Below, piece by piece: positions 9,622-17,857 of a DNA stretch of 64,000 nucleotides. This DNA comes from Devosia sp. (GTDB taxonomy: Bacteria > Pseudomonadota > Alphaproteobacteria > Rhizobiales > Devosiaceae). Position 1 is the stretch's first letter. The number at the start of each line of letters is the position of its first letter. The notes below the pieces were generated by a model. It worked only from the letters and a program-made list of their open reading frames with translations. It made no database searches and was not told the DNA's origin. The stretch is from the NCBI RefSeq assembly GCF_965229025.1, contig NZ_OZ245853.1:3172277-3236276 (forward strand). Direction: 5' to 3'. The translations under genes and the position numbers were made by a program.

Positions 9622-9726
9622 TCCGAGAAGATGGGGTCGGTCGCCGGTTTGAGCAATGGCGACATGGCTCTCGACCGGTCGGATTGCCTGCAACCCCGTT
9701 GCGCGTCTACCCGTTTGCCTCCAGAC

Positions 9727-10500
9727 CTACACTTTGAAACCGTTTAGAAATCCTGGTCGGAACGCATTCTGAGTGTCCTCCAGATCGACTTCTGGCCCAT
9801 CGGCTGTGCGTATGATGGTCAGCGTTCCAAACGATTCCCGAAAGGCGGCAAAACTAACAAACTGACTTGAGTCATCCGTCGCTGCTCCGCCCCAGTACCT
9901 GAACTGCTCCAAGACGTTTTTGCGACCCATTGCCAGCGTCCGAGGCGCACCCAGCGAATGAAGCAGACTTTCGATAGTGCTCTCGTTTTCCAACTCAAAA
10001 TTTGAGTACCAGCGAGCAATAGCTACCGAGTCGCGTGGGACTGCGCCGCCCGTCAGTTCTCGAAATAGCGCCAGTCCTATTCGCGCAGAAAATGCATTCA
10101 GCGCTCTGTGAAGTCGCGGTTGGGAGTGTACATCTATCGGATAGGCCTGCCTGCCCTGCCAGTCGAGAGCCGGTTCATCGCCCGTTATGAACATGGCGGC
10201 CAGATCTGGGTGGTTGTTTACAAAGCCGTGAATGTGCTTACGCACATCAGCCTTGCCGATGTCCGTTGTTGGGTCCGGGAAAATCCTACTAGCCATCGCC
10301 GCGATGAGGTCGAGCTCTCTGGTCCCCTGGTGACAGTCGTAGCACGCGCCAAACTCAAGCCCTCTTGGCCGATCGGCCCCCTCAAATATGCTGACTGGAG
10401 GACAATGATCGCACGACGTTGTCGGAACGATTCCTCCGCAATAGATGCAGTGGGGCTGCGTCTTCTGAAGCTTCAACAGACGCGACTTTGCTGCACCCAT
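9727..10500 (-). CDS. HNH/His-Me-finger-like hypothetical protein, lower GC than its flanks
   Basis: N-terminal CIYCG...DHCPP...ACYDCH pattern; visibly more A/T-rich codons. Confidence 0.6.
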   Translation of the reverse strand: MGAAKSRLLKLQKTQPHCIYCGGIVPTTSCDHCPPVSIFEGADRPRGLEFGACYDCHQGTRELDLIAAMASRIFPDPTTDIGKADVRKHIHGFVNNHPDLAAMFITGDEPALDWQGRQAYPIDVHSQPRLHRALNAFSARIGLALFRELTGGAVPRDSVAIARWYSNFELENESTIESLLHSLGAPRTLAMGRKNVLEQFRYWGGAATDDSSQFVSFAAFRESFGTLTIIRTADGPEVDLEDTQNAFRPGFLNGFKV

Positions 10501-10894
10501 CTTCTCTACACTCTGCAGAGGCAGTTCGACGCAACGTTCGTCTTGAACACACTAGGCCGTTGGGAAGTGTTCGTGTCAACCGACCAGAATCGCATCCAGG
10601 CTTGATCCGGCCGGAGCCGCGACAGCGCTGAGCCCTTCAACTCCTCCGCTTTTTCGCAGGGTAGGACCTATCAAGTCCAACTCTTGCAACACCACCTGCT
10701 CCCTCGGCTAGAAATGACAACGTTGCCAATTGGCCAGGCTTGGCCCTCTTGTATTGCTGCGTGAACGTGCCCGCCGAACTCGGCCCCGCCCTGCCCTCGG
10801 CGTCATACGGCCAAGGTAAAGTTGCGAGATGACAACGTTCTCATCGGCCTCCAAGGCTATTGAGGGCGATGATCGGCTTCGCCCCATCAACAGC

Positions 10895-10921
10895 AAAGGC
10901 CCAGGATTGCTCCCGGGCCTT
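10895..10921 (-). terminator. terminator-like hairpin downstream of pnp
   Basis: Minus strand AAGGCCCGGGA GCAA TCCTGGGCCTTT. Confidence 0.6.
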
Positions 10922-10980
10922 CACAATGCTCAGAACTGTGACCTTCCTCAGCTTTCCGGCCGAGGCGAAAGGTCCGCCGA

Positions 10981-13116
10981 TTACTCGGCGGCGGCTTCCT
11001 GCTTGATTTCCTTGCCGGTGGCCTGGTCGACGACCTTCATCGAGAGCCGGACCTTGCCGCGCTCGTCAAAGCCCAGAAGCTTGACCCAGACCTTGTCGCC
11101 TTCCTTGACCACATCGGTGGTCTTGGCGACGCGGGCTTCGGCCAGCTGGCTGATGTGGACGAGGCCGTCCTTGGCGCCGAAGAAGTTCACGAACGCGCCG
11201 AAATCGGCGGTCTTGACCACGGTGCCCTGGTAGACGGCGCCGACTTCGGCTTCGTCGGTGATCGACTTGATCCACTTGATGGCCGCATCGATCGAGGCGC
11301 CGTCCGAGGACGAGACCTTCACGGTGCCGTCGTCGTTGATGTCGATCTTGGCGCCGGTCTTTTCGACGATCTCGCGGATCACCTTGCCGCCGGTGCCGAT
11401 CACTTCGCGGATCTTGTCGGTCGGGATGGTGATGGTCTCGATGCGCGGGGCGAACTCGCCAACGCTGGAGCGTGAGGTATCGAGAGCCTTGGCCATTTCG
11501 CCGAGGATGTGCTCGCGGCCGTCCTTGGCCTGGGCAAGCGCGACCTTCATGATCTCTTCGGTGATGCCGGCGATCTTGATGTCCATCTGCAGCGAGGTGA
11601 CGCCGTCAGCGGTACCGGCAACCTTGAAGTCCATGTCGCCGAGGTGATCTTCATCACCGAGGATGTCGGAGAGCACGGCAAAGCGCTCGCCTTCGAGGAT
11701 CAGGCCCATGGCGATACCGGCGACCGGCTTCTTCATCGGGACACCCGCATCCATCAGCGCCAGCGAGGTGCCGCAGACGGTCGCCATCGAGGACGAGCCG
11801 TTCGACTCGGTGATCTCGGAGACAACGCGGATGGTGTAGGGGAAGTCTTCGGCCTTGGGGCGCATCGGGTTGATGGCGCGCCAGGCGAGCTTGCCGTGGC
11901 CGATTTCACGGCGGCCGGGCGAACCCATGCGGCCGGCTTCACCCACCGAGTAGGGAGGGAAGTTGTAGTGCAGCATGAAGTTCACCTTCTGGGTGCCTTC
12001 AAGGCTGTCGACATACTGCTCGTCATCGCCGGTGCCGAGGGTCGCGACCACGAGGGCCTGCGTCTCGCCGCGGGTGAAGATGGCCGAGCCATGGGTGCGC
12101 GGCAGGACGCCGACTTCAGCCACGATCGGGCGGACCGTCTTCAGGTCGCGGCCGTCGATGCGGTAGCCGGTATCGAGCACGTTCCAGCGCACGATCTTGG
12201 CCTGGAGATTGTGAACCACTTCGCCAAGCGCTTCACCCGAAACGGTGCCGGCTTCGATGGCGGAAGCAAAGTGCTCCTTGACCTTCTTTTTGGCAGCGTC
12301 GACGGCAGCGTAGCGCTCGTCCTTCTTGGTGATCTTGTAGGCGGCGCGGAGGTCCTTTTCAGCGACCTTGAGCACGTCCTTTTCGAGATCGGAATAGTCC
12401 GGTGCATTGAACTCGCGCGGCTCCTTGGCAGCCATTTCAGCGAGCTTGATGATCGCGTCGATGACTTTGCGCGAGGCTTCGTGGCCGAACATGACGGCGC
12501 CGAGCATGACTTCTTCGGAGAGCTCCTGGGCTTCCGATTCCACCATCAGCACGGCGTCCTGGGTGCCGGCCATGACGAGGTCGAGCTTGGATTCCGCGCG
12601 GCGGTCAACGGCGAGGTTCAGCACATATTCGCCATCGATCAGGCCGACACGCGCTGCACCGATCGGGCCCATGAAGGGCACGCCGGAGATGGTGAGGGCA
12701 GCCGAAGCCGCGACCATCGCGAGGACGTCCGGGTTGTTTTCCATGTCGTGCTGCAGAACGGTGATGACCACCTGGGTCTCGTTCTTGTAGCCATCGGGGA
12801 ACAGCGGACGGATCGGACGGTCGATCAGGCGCGAGGTCAGCGTCTCGTTTTCAGTCGGGCGACCTTCGCGCTTGAAGTAGCCGCCCGGGATCTTGCCGGC
12901 GGCGAAGTATTTTTCCTGGTAGTTGACGGTCAGCGGGAAGAAGTCCTGGCCGGGCTTGGCGGTTTTCGCCGAAACAACGGTCGCGAGCAGCACGGTCTCG
13001 CCGAGGGTGGCGAGCACGGCGCCGTCGGCCTGACGGGCGATCTTGCCGGTCTCGAGGGTGAGCGGCTGGCCGCCCCAGTTCAGTTCCACCTTATGGTGAT
13101 CGAACTTGATGGTCAT
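10981..13116 (-). CDS. pnp: polyribonucleotide nucleotidyltransferase (PNPase)
   Basis: [44 protein letters not shown] and S1 domains. Confidence 0.98.
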   Translation of the reverse strand: MTIKFDHHKVELNWGGQPLTLETGKIARQADGAVLATLGETVLLATVVSAKTAKPGQDFFPLTVNYQEKYFAAGKIPGGYFKREGRPTENETLTSRLIDRPIRPLFPDGYKNETQVVITVLQHDMENNPDVLAMVAASAALTISGVPFMGPIGAARVGLIDGEYVLNLAVDRRAESKLDLVMAGTQDAVLMVESEAQELSEEVMLGAVMFGHEASRKVIDAIIKLAEMAAKEPREFNAPDYSDLEKDVLKVAEKDLRAAYKITKKDERYAAVDAAKKKVKEHFASAIEAGTVSGEALGEVVHNLQAKIVRWNVLDTGYRIDGRDLKTVRPIVAEVGVLPRTHGSAIFTRGETQALVVATLGTGDDEQYVDSLEGTQKVNFMLHYNFPPYSVGEAGRMGSPGRREIGHGKLAWRAINPMRPKAEDFPYTIRVVSEITESNGSSSMATVCGTSLALMDAGVPMKKPVAGIAMGLILEGERFAVLSDILGDEDHLGDMDFKVAGTADGVTSLQMDIKIAGITEEIMKVALAQAKDGREHILGEMAKALDTSRSSVGEFAPRIETITIPTDKIREVIGTGGKVIREIVEKTGAKIDINDDGTVKVSSSDGASIDAAIKWIKSITDEAEVGAVYQGTVVKTADFGAFVNFFGAKDGLVHISQLAEARVAKTTDVVKEGDKVWVKLLGFDERGKVRLSMKVVDQATGKEIKQEAAAE

Positions 13117-13282
13117 TGTCTTGTCTTTCCATTCTGCCGGAATGAGCGGGAACGCGGGGGCGTAGCCACCCCGCGAACTCATCCGGTGTGCCAGCCCCTC
13201 CAGCACCCCATGTGCTCGGACGGGCCCAAAATGGGCACGGTTTCCGCGCTGACGATCCGATTTTCAATCGGTACGGAACATG

Positions 13283-13376
13283 GACAAGACGATGAGCCGC
13301 TCATTTTCCTCGGGGGAAGCGCTGTCAGAGCGCAATGAGCGGCCGATGATCTCGCCATGCTCCGCGTAGTCTTGTC
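13283..13376 (-). promoter_or_regulatory. long stem-loop in the pnp leader
   Basis: GACAAGAC (13283-13290) pairs with GTCTTGTC (13369-13376); inner GCCGCTCATT pairs with AATGAGCGGC. Confidence 0.55.
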
Positions 13377-13385
13377 AGCCTACGC

Positions 13386-13484
13386 GAGCGCAGGATCGTT
13401 TCATGCTGAACCGATCCCGGCGCCTTTTCTCTCTGGTCGCGCTCTCGAACCGCAAAAGTCTAGCAACTTTTGCTGATCACGCTC
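13386..13484. repeat. degenerate rhizobial RIME/Bru-RS-like palindromic element
   Basis: About 100 bp with two hairpins, including GCAAAAGT-CTAGCA-ACTTTTGC; GAGCG ends. Confidence 0.45.
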
Positions 13485-13553
13485 CCGGGCCCTTTTGACC
13501 GGGCCGGACGGCGAGGCGTGCCTCGCAATCCAGTTCGTAACCTTGCCGCTGGA

Positions 13554-13823
13554 TCAGCGACGGAGGCCGAGGCGCTCGATGAGCGTCTTGTAGCGCGCTT
13601 CGTCGGACTTCTTGACATAGTCAAGCAGGCTGCGACGGGTCGACACCATCTTCAGCAGGCCGCGGCGGGAATGGTTATCCTTGCCATGCAGCTTGAAGTG
13701 TTCGGTGAGGTTGGCGATGCGCTCAGAGAGGATCGCAACCTGGACTTCCGGCGAACCGGTATCATCCTTGTTGGTGGCGTAGTCCTTGATGAGTGCCGCT
13801 TTGCGCTCTGCAGTAATCGACAT
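13554..13823 (-). CDS. rpsO: 30S ribosomal protein S15
   Basis: MSITAERK...[12 protein letters not shown]...[22 protein letters not shown]. Confidence 0.98.
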   Translation of the reverse strand: MSITAERKAALIKDYATNKDDTGSPEVQVAILSERIANLTEHFKLHGKDNHSRRGLLKMVSTRRSLLDYVKKSDEARYKTLIERLGLRR

Positions 13824-13905
13824 CGGACAAGTCCTTTCAAATAGAGGGCTAAGGGTCGCTGCCGCCCGGGATGTCGTCCAGACGGAGCCATGAAACGAGC
13901 CAGGC
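13824..13905 (-). promoter_or_regulatory. candidate alphaproteobacterial S15 autoregulatory leader
   Basis: Minus strand CTGGACGACATCCCGG upstream of RBS GAAAGGA; resembles the rpsO leaders of rhizobia. Confidence 0.5.
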
Positions 13906-13968
13906 TGCCGCAAAGAACGGCGTCCTGAACTCGCGGGTGCTATAGGCGATCAGCCCAAAAAGAGCCAG

Positions 13969-15702
13969 CTATTTCTGGACAGCCGCCATGGCGTGGTCTG
14001 TCTCTGGGACAGCCGAACCGTTGAGGCTGTTGTCGGGGTCGAGCGAGGCGAGCGGAATCGTCATCCGCCATTCGATCCCGTCGGCCAGCATTTCGCGCAC
14101 CACGTCGGAGCCCAGTGCACGGCCGACCATGTTTTCCATCACCGTGGTCCCAAAGCCGCGGCGGTGGATATCCTCTGGCGGCGTAAACCCGGTCTCGGTC
14201 CAGACGATCGCCACCGCGTCGCCCACCCGGCTCCAGGTCAGCTTCAGCTTGCCGTTCTCGGTGGCAAAGGCGCCGTGTTTGACCGCGTTGGTCGCCAGTT
14301 CATGCACCGCCATTCCGACAATCTGGGCCGCCTGCGCGTTGATGCGCAGTGATGGGCCCTCGATATAGGTGCGCTCGTCCTCGACCGGGCAGATCGGATC
14401 GATCTGGCTGGTCAGCAGTTCGCGTAGATCGACACCCGCAACGCCATGGGCCAGCAGCAAATCGGTCGAACGCGCAAGACCCATGATCCGGCGCTCGAAG
14501 CTCGTGACGAAATCAGGCACGGAATCGGCGCCGCGCGCGGTCTGCTTGGCCATCGCGGCAATCACGGTCATCTGGTTCTTGGATCGATGCGCCAGTTCCC
14601 GCATCAGGAACCGCACCTCGGTTTCCGCCGCCTGCCGCCGCCGCGAGGCCTCGCCCAGTGCGGTGGAGACAGTCTCGATTTCGGCGATCGGGAACGGCCG
14701 CGCCTCGACCGGCTGACCCGAACCCAGCCGTTTGGCATCCGCTTCGAGCCCGCGCACCGAGCGGTTGATGCTGATGCTGACCCGGTAGACGACGAACACC
14801 ACCAGCGCCGCCAGCAGGATGCCGCCGCCCAGCAGCGACCAGAAGGTATCGGAGAGCGGCTTGGTCACCAGCGCATAAGGCGCCCAGGCGACCAGCGTCC
14901 AGCCGGTCAGCTGCGACTGCTGCGTCACCACCGTGAGCCGGTTGTCACCTTCGCCCACCTGGTGCCAGCCAGCTTCCGACGGGTCTGTGCCGAAATCAAA
15001 GCCCAGCGTCTTGCCGGCCTCGGGGCTGCTCCCCGAACCCGCAATGACGATCCTCTGGCGGTCGACGAGGGCCACGCTCCAGCCGTCGGGCATCTTGTTG
15101 GCGAGCATGGTGTTGGAGAGCTGTGAAACATCGCGGCTGAACCCCAGCAGCAAAGGCGGCCGGTCGGGCGGGAACATCGGCAAGAGGATATTGACCACCC
15201 AGCGCTGCGCCAGCTTGCCGAACACCGCATCGGACACTGCGACATCGCGCGTCGTCAGGGCTCGCTTTGCCGTCGCGACGTCGGACATCGGCAGTTTTTG
15301 CTGCTCATCGAACGGCACGCGTGTGCTGAGAATGGAATTGAAGTCGCTGTCGACGACGTAGACATACGACCCCGTGCCCGCGAGGGCCTCGCTGACCCGG
15401 GCATGAAACCCGGCAAGGTCCCCATCCAGCAGTTCCGGCATGGTCGCCAGCACGCGCAGCGTATTGATATTGGCGACGATCTCGCGATCCACCGCCTGCA
15501 CGATCGAGCGGGCATTGCCGGTGGTCAGCGTTTCGACGACCCGCTCCTGCGCCTCGTTGTTGCGCTGGATCAGCAACGCGGAAAATACGAAAGCGGGAAC
15601 CAGCGCCACCAGGGCGAGAATAGCGAGATAAACGGAAATAGGGCGCGCACCCTGCCGGGGCCGCCGTGGTTCAGATACGGCCGCGCCTACGCCCTCAGCC
15701 AT
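13969..15702 (-). CDS. membrane sensor histidine kinase, HWE family
   Basis: Two TM segments with a Cache-like periplasmic region; ELAHRSKN, ELATNAVKHGA, WTETG. Confidence 0.9.
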   Translation of the reverse strand: MAEGVGAAVSEPRRPRQGARPISVYLAILALVALVPAFVFSALLIQRNNEAQERVVETLTTGNARSIVQAVDREIVANINTLRVLATMPELLDGDLAGFHARVSEALAGTGSYVYVVDSDFNSILSTRVPFDEQQKLPMSDVATAKRALTTRDVAVSDAVFGKLAQRWVVNILLPMFPPDRPPLLLGFSRDVSQLSNTMLANKMPDGWSVALVDRQRIVIAGSGSSPEAGKTLGFDFGTDPSEAGWHQVGEGDNRLTVVTQQSQLTGWTLVAWAPYALVTKPLSDTFWSLLGGGILLAALVVFVVYRVSISINRSVRGLEADAKRLGSGQPVEARPFPIAEIETVSTALGEASRRRQAAETEVRFLMRELAHRSKNQMTVIAAMAKQTARGADSVPDFVTSFERRIMGLARSTDLLLAHGVAGVDLRELLTSQIDPICPVEDERTYIEGPSLRINAQAAQIVGMAVHELATNAVKHGAFATENGKLKLTWSRVGDAVAIVWTETGFTPPEDIHRRGFGTTVMENMVGRALGSDVVREMLADGIEWRMTIPLASLDPDNSLNGSAVPETDHAMAAVQK

Positions 15703-15754
15703 ATCGCGTCCTTGCAAGCCATAACACCGTCAATACACCCGCCCAATCCACCAA

Positions 15755-15779
15755 AATGCGCGGTTTCGGCATTAGTTCC
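15755..15779 (-). promoter_or_regulatory. candidate EcfG (general stress sigma) promoter GGAAC-N16-CATT
   Basis: Minus strand GGAAC TAATGCCGAAACCGCG CATT about 50 nt upstream of the HWE kinase. Confidence 0.55.
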
Positions 15780-15807
15780 ATCGAACTCAGGATATTTTTC
15801 AGAATGT

Positions 15808-16704
15808 CTAGACAAATACCCGCTGCGGCTTGAACTGGCCGAATTCCACTCGCCCCATGGCCACCGGTACACCCGCGAGGCTGGCCCAGGCGAGGTCGAT
15901 GGCAATCGGGGCGTTAGCGCCGACGAGCAGCACCGGATTGCCATGCCGGATCGCGGCCGCTTGATCCGCGCTCATCCGCAATTCGGGAAACTCGCCCAGC
16001 CCGGCCGCGATCGGCAGCAGCAGCGCGTCGCGATCGGCTGCCGCCTCGAGCTCCTCAATGGTGATGGCCTTGAGATCGGTGAAGGGGCCAACGGCGGCAC
16101 GGTGGAGTTCCACCACATGCCCGCGTGTTCCGAGCGCCCGTGCCAGGTCGCGCGCCAGCGCCCGCACATAGGTGCCCTTCTCACACGTCATCTCGAGCCG
16201 GCTGATATCGCCTGAATGCTCGAGCAACGTCAGCGACGCGATATAGACCGGCCGGGCCGCGAGGATCACTTCTTCCCCCGCGCGTGCCAGGTCGTAAGCG
16301 CGCTCGCCATCCACCTTGATGGCCGAAAACGCGGGCGGGGTCTGCATCACTTCCCCGGTAAAGGCCGGCAGCATGGCCCGGATCGCCTCGGCATCCGGGC
16401 GCATGTTGGAGCGCTCGACGACCTCGCCTTCGGTGTCGTCGGTGGTGGTCTCTTCGCCCCACTTGATGGCAAAGCGATAGAGCTTTTCGCCATCCTGGAT
16501 CGCCGAAACGGTCTTGGTGGCTTCGCCCAGCGCAATCGGGAGAATCCCTGTCGCCAGCGGATCGAGCGTTCCCGCATGCCCGGCTTTCTTGGCGCCAAAC
16601 AGCCAGCGGACCTTGCCAACCGCCTGGGTGGAGGTCATGTCATAGGGCTTGTTGAGGATCAGCCAGCCAGAGACGTCGCGCTTATTGGATTTGGACTGGG
16701 CCAA
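15808..16704 (-). CDS. truB: tRNA pseudouridine(55) synthase
   Basis: KKAGHAGTLDPLATG, PPAFSAIKVDG, KGTYVRALARD. Confidence 0.97.
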   Translation of the reverse strand: MAQSKSNKRDVSGWLILNKPYDMTSTQAVGKVRWLFGAKKAGHAGTLDPLATGILPIALGEATKTVSAIQDGEKLYRFAIKWGEETTTDDTEGEVVERSNMRPDAEAIRAMLPAFTGEVMQTPPAFSAIKVDGERAYDLARAGEEVILAARPVYIASLTLLEHSGDISRLEMTCEKGTYVRALARDLARALGTRGHVVELHRAAVGPFTDLKAITIEELEAAADRDALLLPIAAGLGEFPELRMSADQAAAIRHGNPVLLVGANAPIAIDLAWASLAGVPVAMGRVEFGQFKPQRVFV

Positions 16705-17127
16705 CTAGTCGCTACCCTGCTCGTCCTCGTCACCATCCTTGGCGAGGTCGCGCTGCACCTTGTCGGAGCGGAGGATGGCGTCGATCCGGCCGTATTGCTC
16801 AAACGTCTCGTCGACAAAGAAGCGGAAGTCCGGCGCGAACTTCAGTTCGAGGTCGGGCGCGATGCGGCCGCGGATGAACTTGTGGTGGCGGTTCAGCGCT
16901 GCCGCCACCTCTTCGGCGCCCTCGCCACCAAGCGGCATGATATAGCAGTTGGCGAGCTTGAGGTCCGGCGCCATGCGGACTTCGGGCACGGTGATGATCT
17001 TGCCTTCGAGCAGCGGATCGTCGATCTCGCCGCGGGCAAACAGCGCCGACAGCGCATGACGGACCAGTTCGCCGACACGCAGCATGCGCTGGTTGGGGCC
17101 TTGGGGCTTGTTGGGTTCGCGTTTCAT
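16705..17127 (-). CDS. rbfA: 30S ribosome-binding factor A
   Basis: QRMLRVGELVRHAL, EVRMAPDLK, APDFRF..DETF. Confidence 0.96.
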   Translation of the reverse strand: MKREPNKPQGPNQRMLRVGELVRHALSALFARGEIDDPLLEGKIITVPEVRMAPDLKLANCYIMPLGGEGAEEVAAALNRHHKFIRGRIAPDLELKFAPDFRFFVDETFEQYGRIDAILRSDKVQRDLAKDGDEDEQGSD

Positions 17128-17133
17128 TTGCCG

Positions 17134-17162
17134 GAATTAGGCGCTCAGCGCGGGCGCGTCAA
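17134..17162 (-). promoter_or_regulatory. sigma70-type promoter 6 nt before the rbfA ATG (leaderless architecture)
   Basis: TTGACG-N17-TAATTC-CGGCAA-ATG; no Shine-Dalgarno sequence. Confidence 0.55.
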
Positions 17163-17185
17163 CTCTTGCAGGCCAAACCGGGCGC

Positions 17186-17698
17186 TCACAACTCGCCAAG
17201 GCCCTTGGCCCGCAGCACCAGTCGCTTGGCAAACGGCTCATAGCGCCCCTTTTCGAACGCGCTGCGGGGCATGATCACCTGATCGTCGACCGTCACGATG
17301 ATCATGTGCTCTTTCTCGCGCATGACATTGGCAATTGCTTCCGGGGCGATGAAGCGTTTGCGACCTCCCTCGGCGATCGCAAGATGATTTACCCAATCCT
17401 CGACCACCACTTCGGTCGGCGCCGGATAGCGCTTCCGGGCGCGACGGCGGGCCAGAAAGTTGAAGCCGAGCGTCCAACTGCCATAGACGAGGACAACAAA
17501 GACCGCCCCAACCGCTAGGAACCGCCATCCCTCGGTCCATTCAGGCGGCATCAGCCCGATACCAAAACCACCCAGCACCACCGGCAGCAGATAGGTGAGC
17601 TTGGCAAGGTTACCCAACTCGCGCGGCCGCGCCTCCCACACGAGAGCATCTGCGGCAGTGAGAGTGAAACGGTAGGTCTGGAGCGGGGTATCAGTCAC
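17186..17698 (-). CDS. YcxB-like two-TM membrane protein
   Basis: Short N-terminal strand, 2 TM helices, C-terminal soluble domain ending IMPRSAF. Confidence 0.6.
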   Translation of the reverse strand: MTDTPLQTYRFTLTAADALVWEARPRELGNLAKLTYLLPVVLGGFGIGLMPPEWTEGWRFLAVGAVFVVLVYGSWTLGFNFLARRRARKRYPAPTEVVVEDWVNHLAIAEGGRKRFIAPEAIANVMREKEHMIIVTVDDQVIMPRSAFEKGRYEPFAKRLVLRAKGLGEL

Positions 17699-17738
17699 AC
17701 GCGCACCCTCGCTGCGTTGCCCCAGTTGGGCACTGGTC

Positions 17739-17831
17739 TTCCTCCCCCCCTTGAGGGGGAAGGTGCCCGAAGGGCGGATGAGGGGTGCCGCATCGCCTGC
17801 GATGCGCGTTCCGAGCGACAGCGAGGAGCGA
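17739..17831. repeat. palindromic repeat unit plus 34-bp accessory module
   Basis: CTTCCTCCCCCCCTTGAGGGGGAAGGTGCCCGAAGGGCGGATGAGGGG, then TGCGATGCGCGTTCCGAGCGACAGCGAGGAGCGA. Confidence 0.8.
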
Positions 17832-17857
17832 TGTTGTCCAGACCATCGTCGACCACC

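Noticed and set aside
10524-10539. Possible alphaproteobacterial LexA box upstream of the HNH-like gene
   Set aside because: GTTC-N8-GTTC; the consensus spacing is N7
11509-13338. Long antisense ORFs (also 22886-25294, 38821-40263, 49244-50977, 52203-53759, 5506-7110 and others)
   Set aside because: They are shadows of highly biased GC-rich genes on the opposite strand, with no recognisable motifs and full overlap with confident genes
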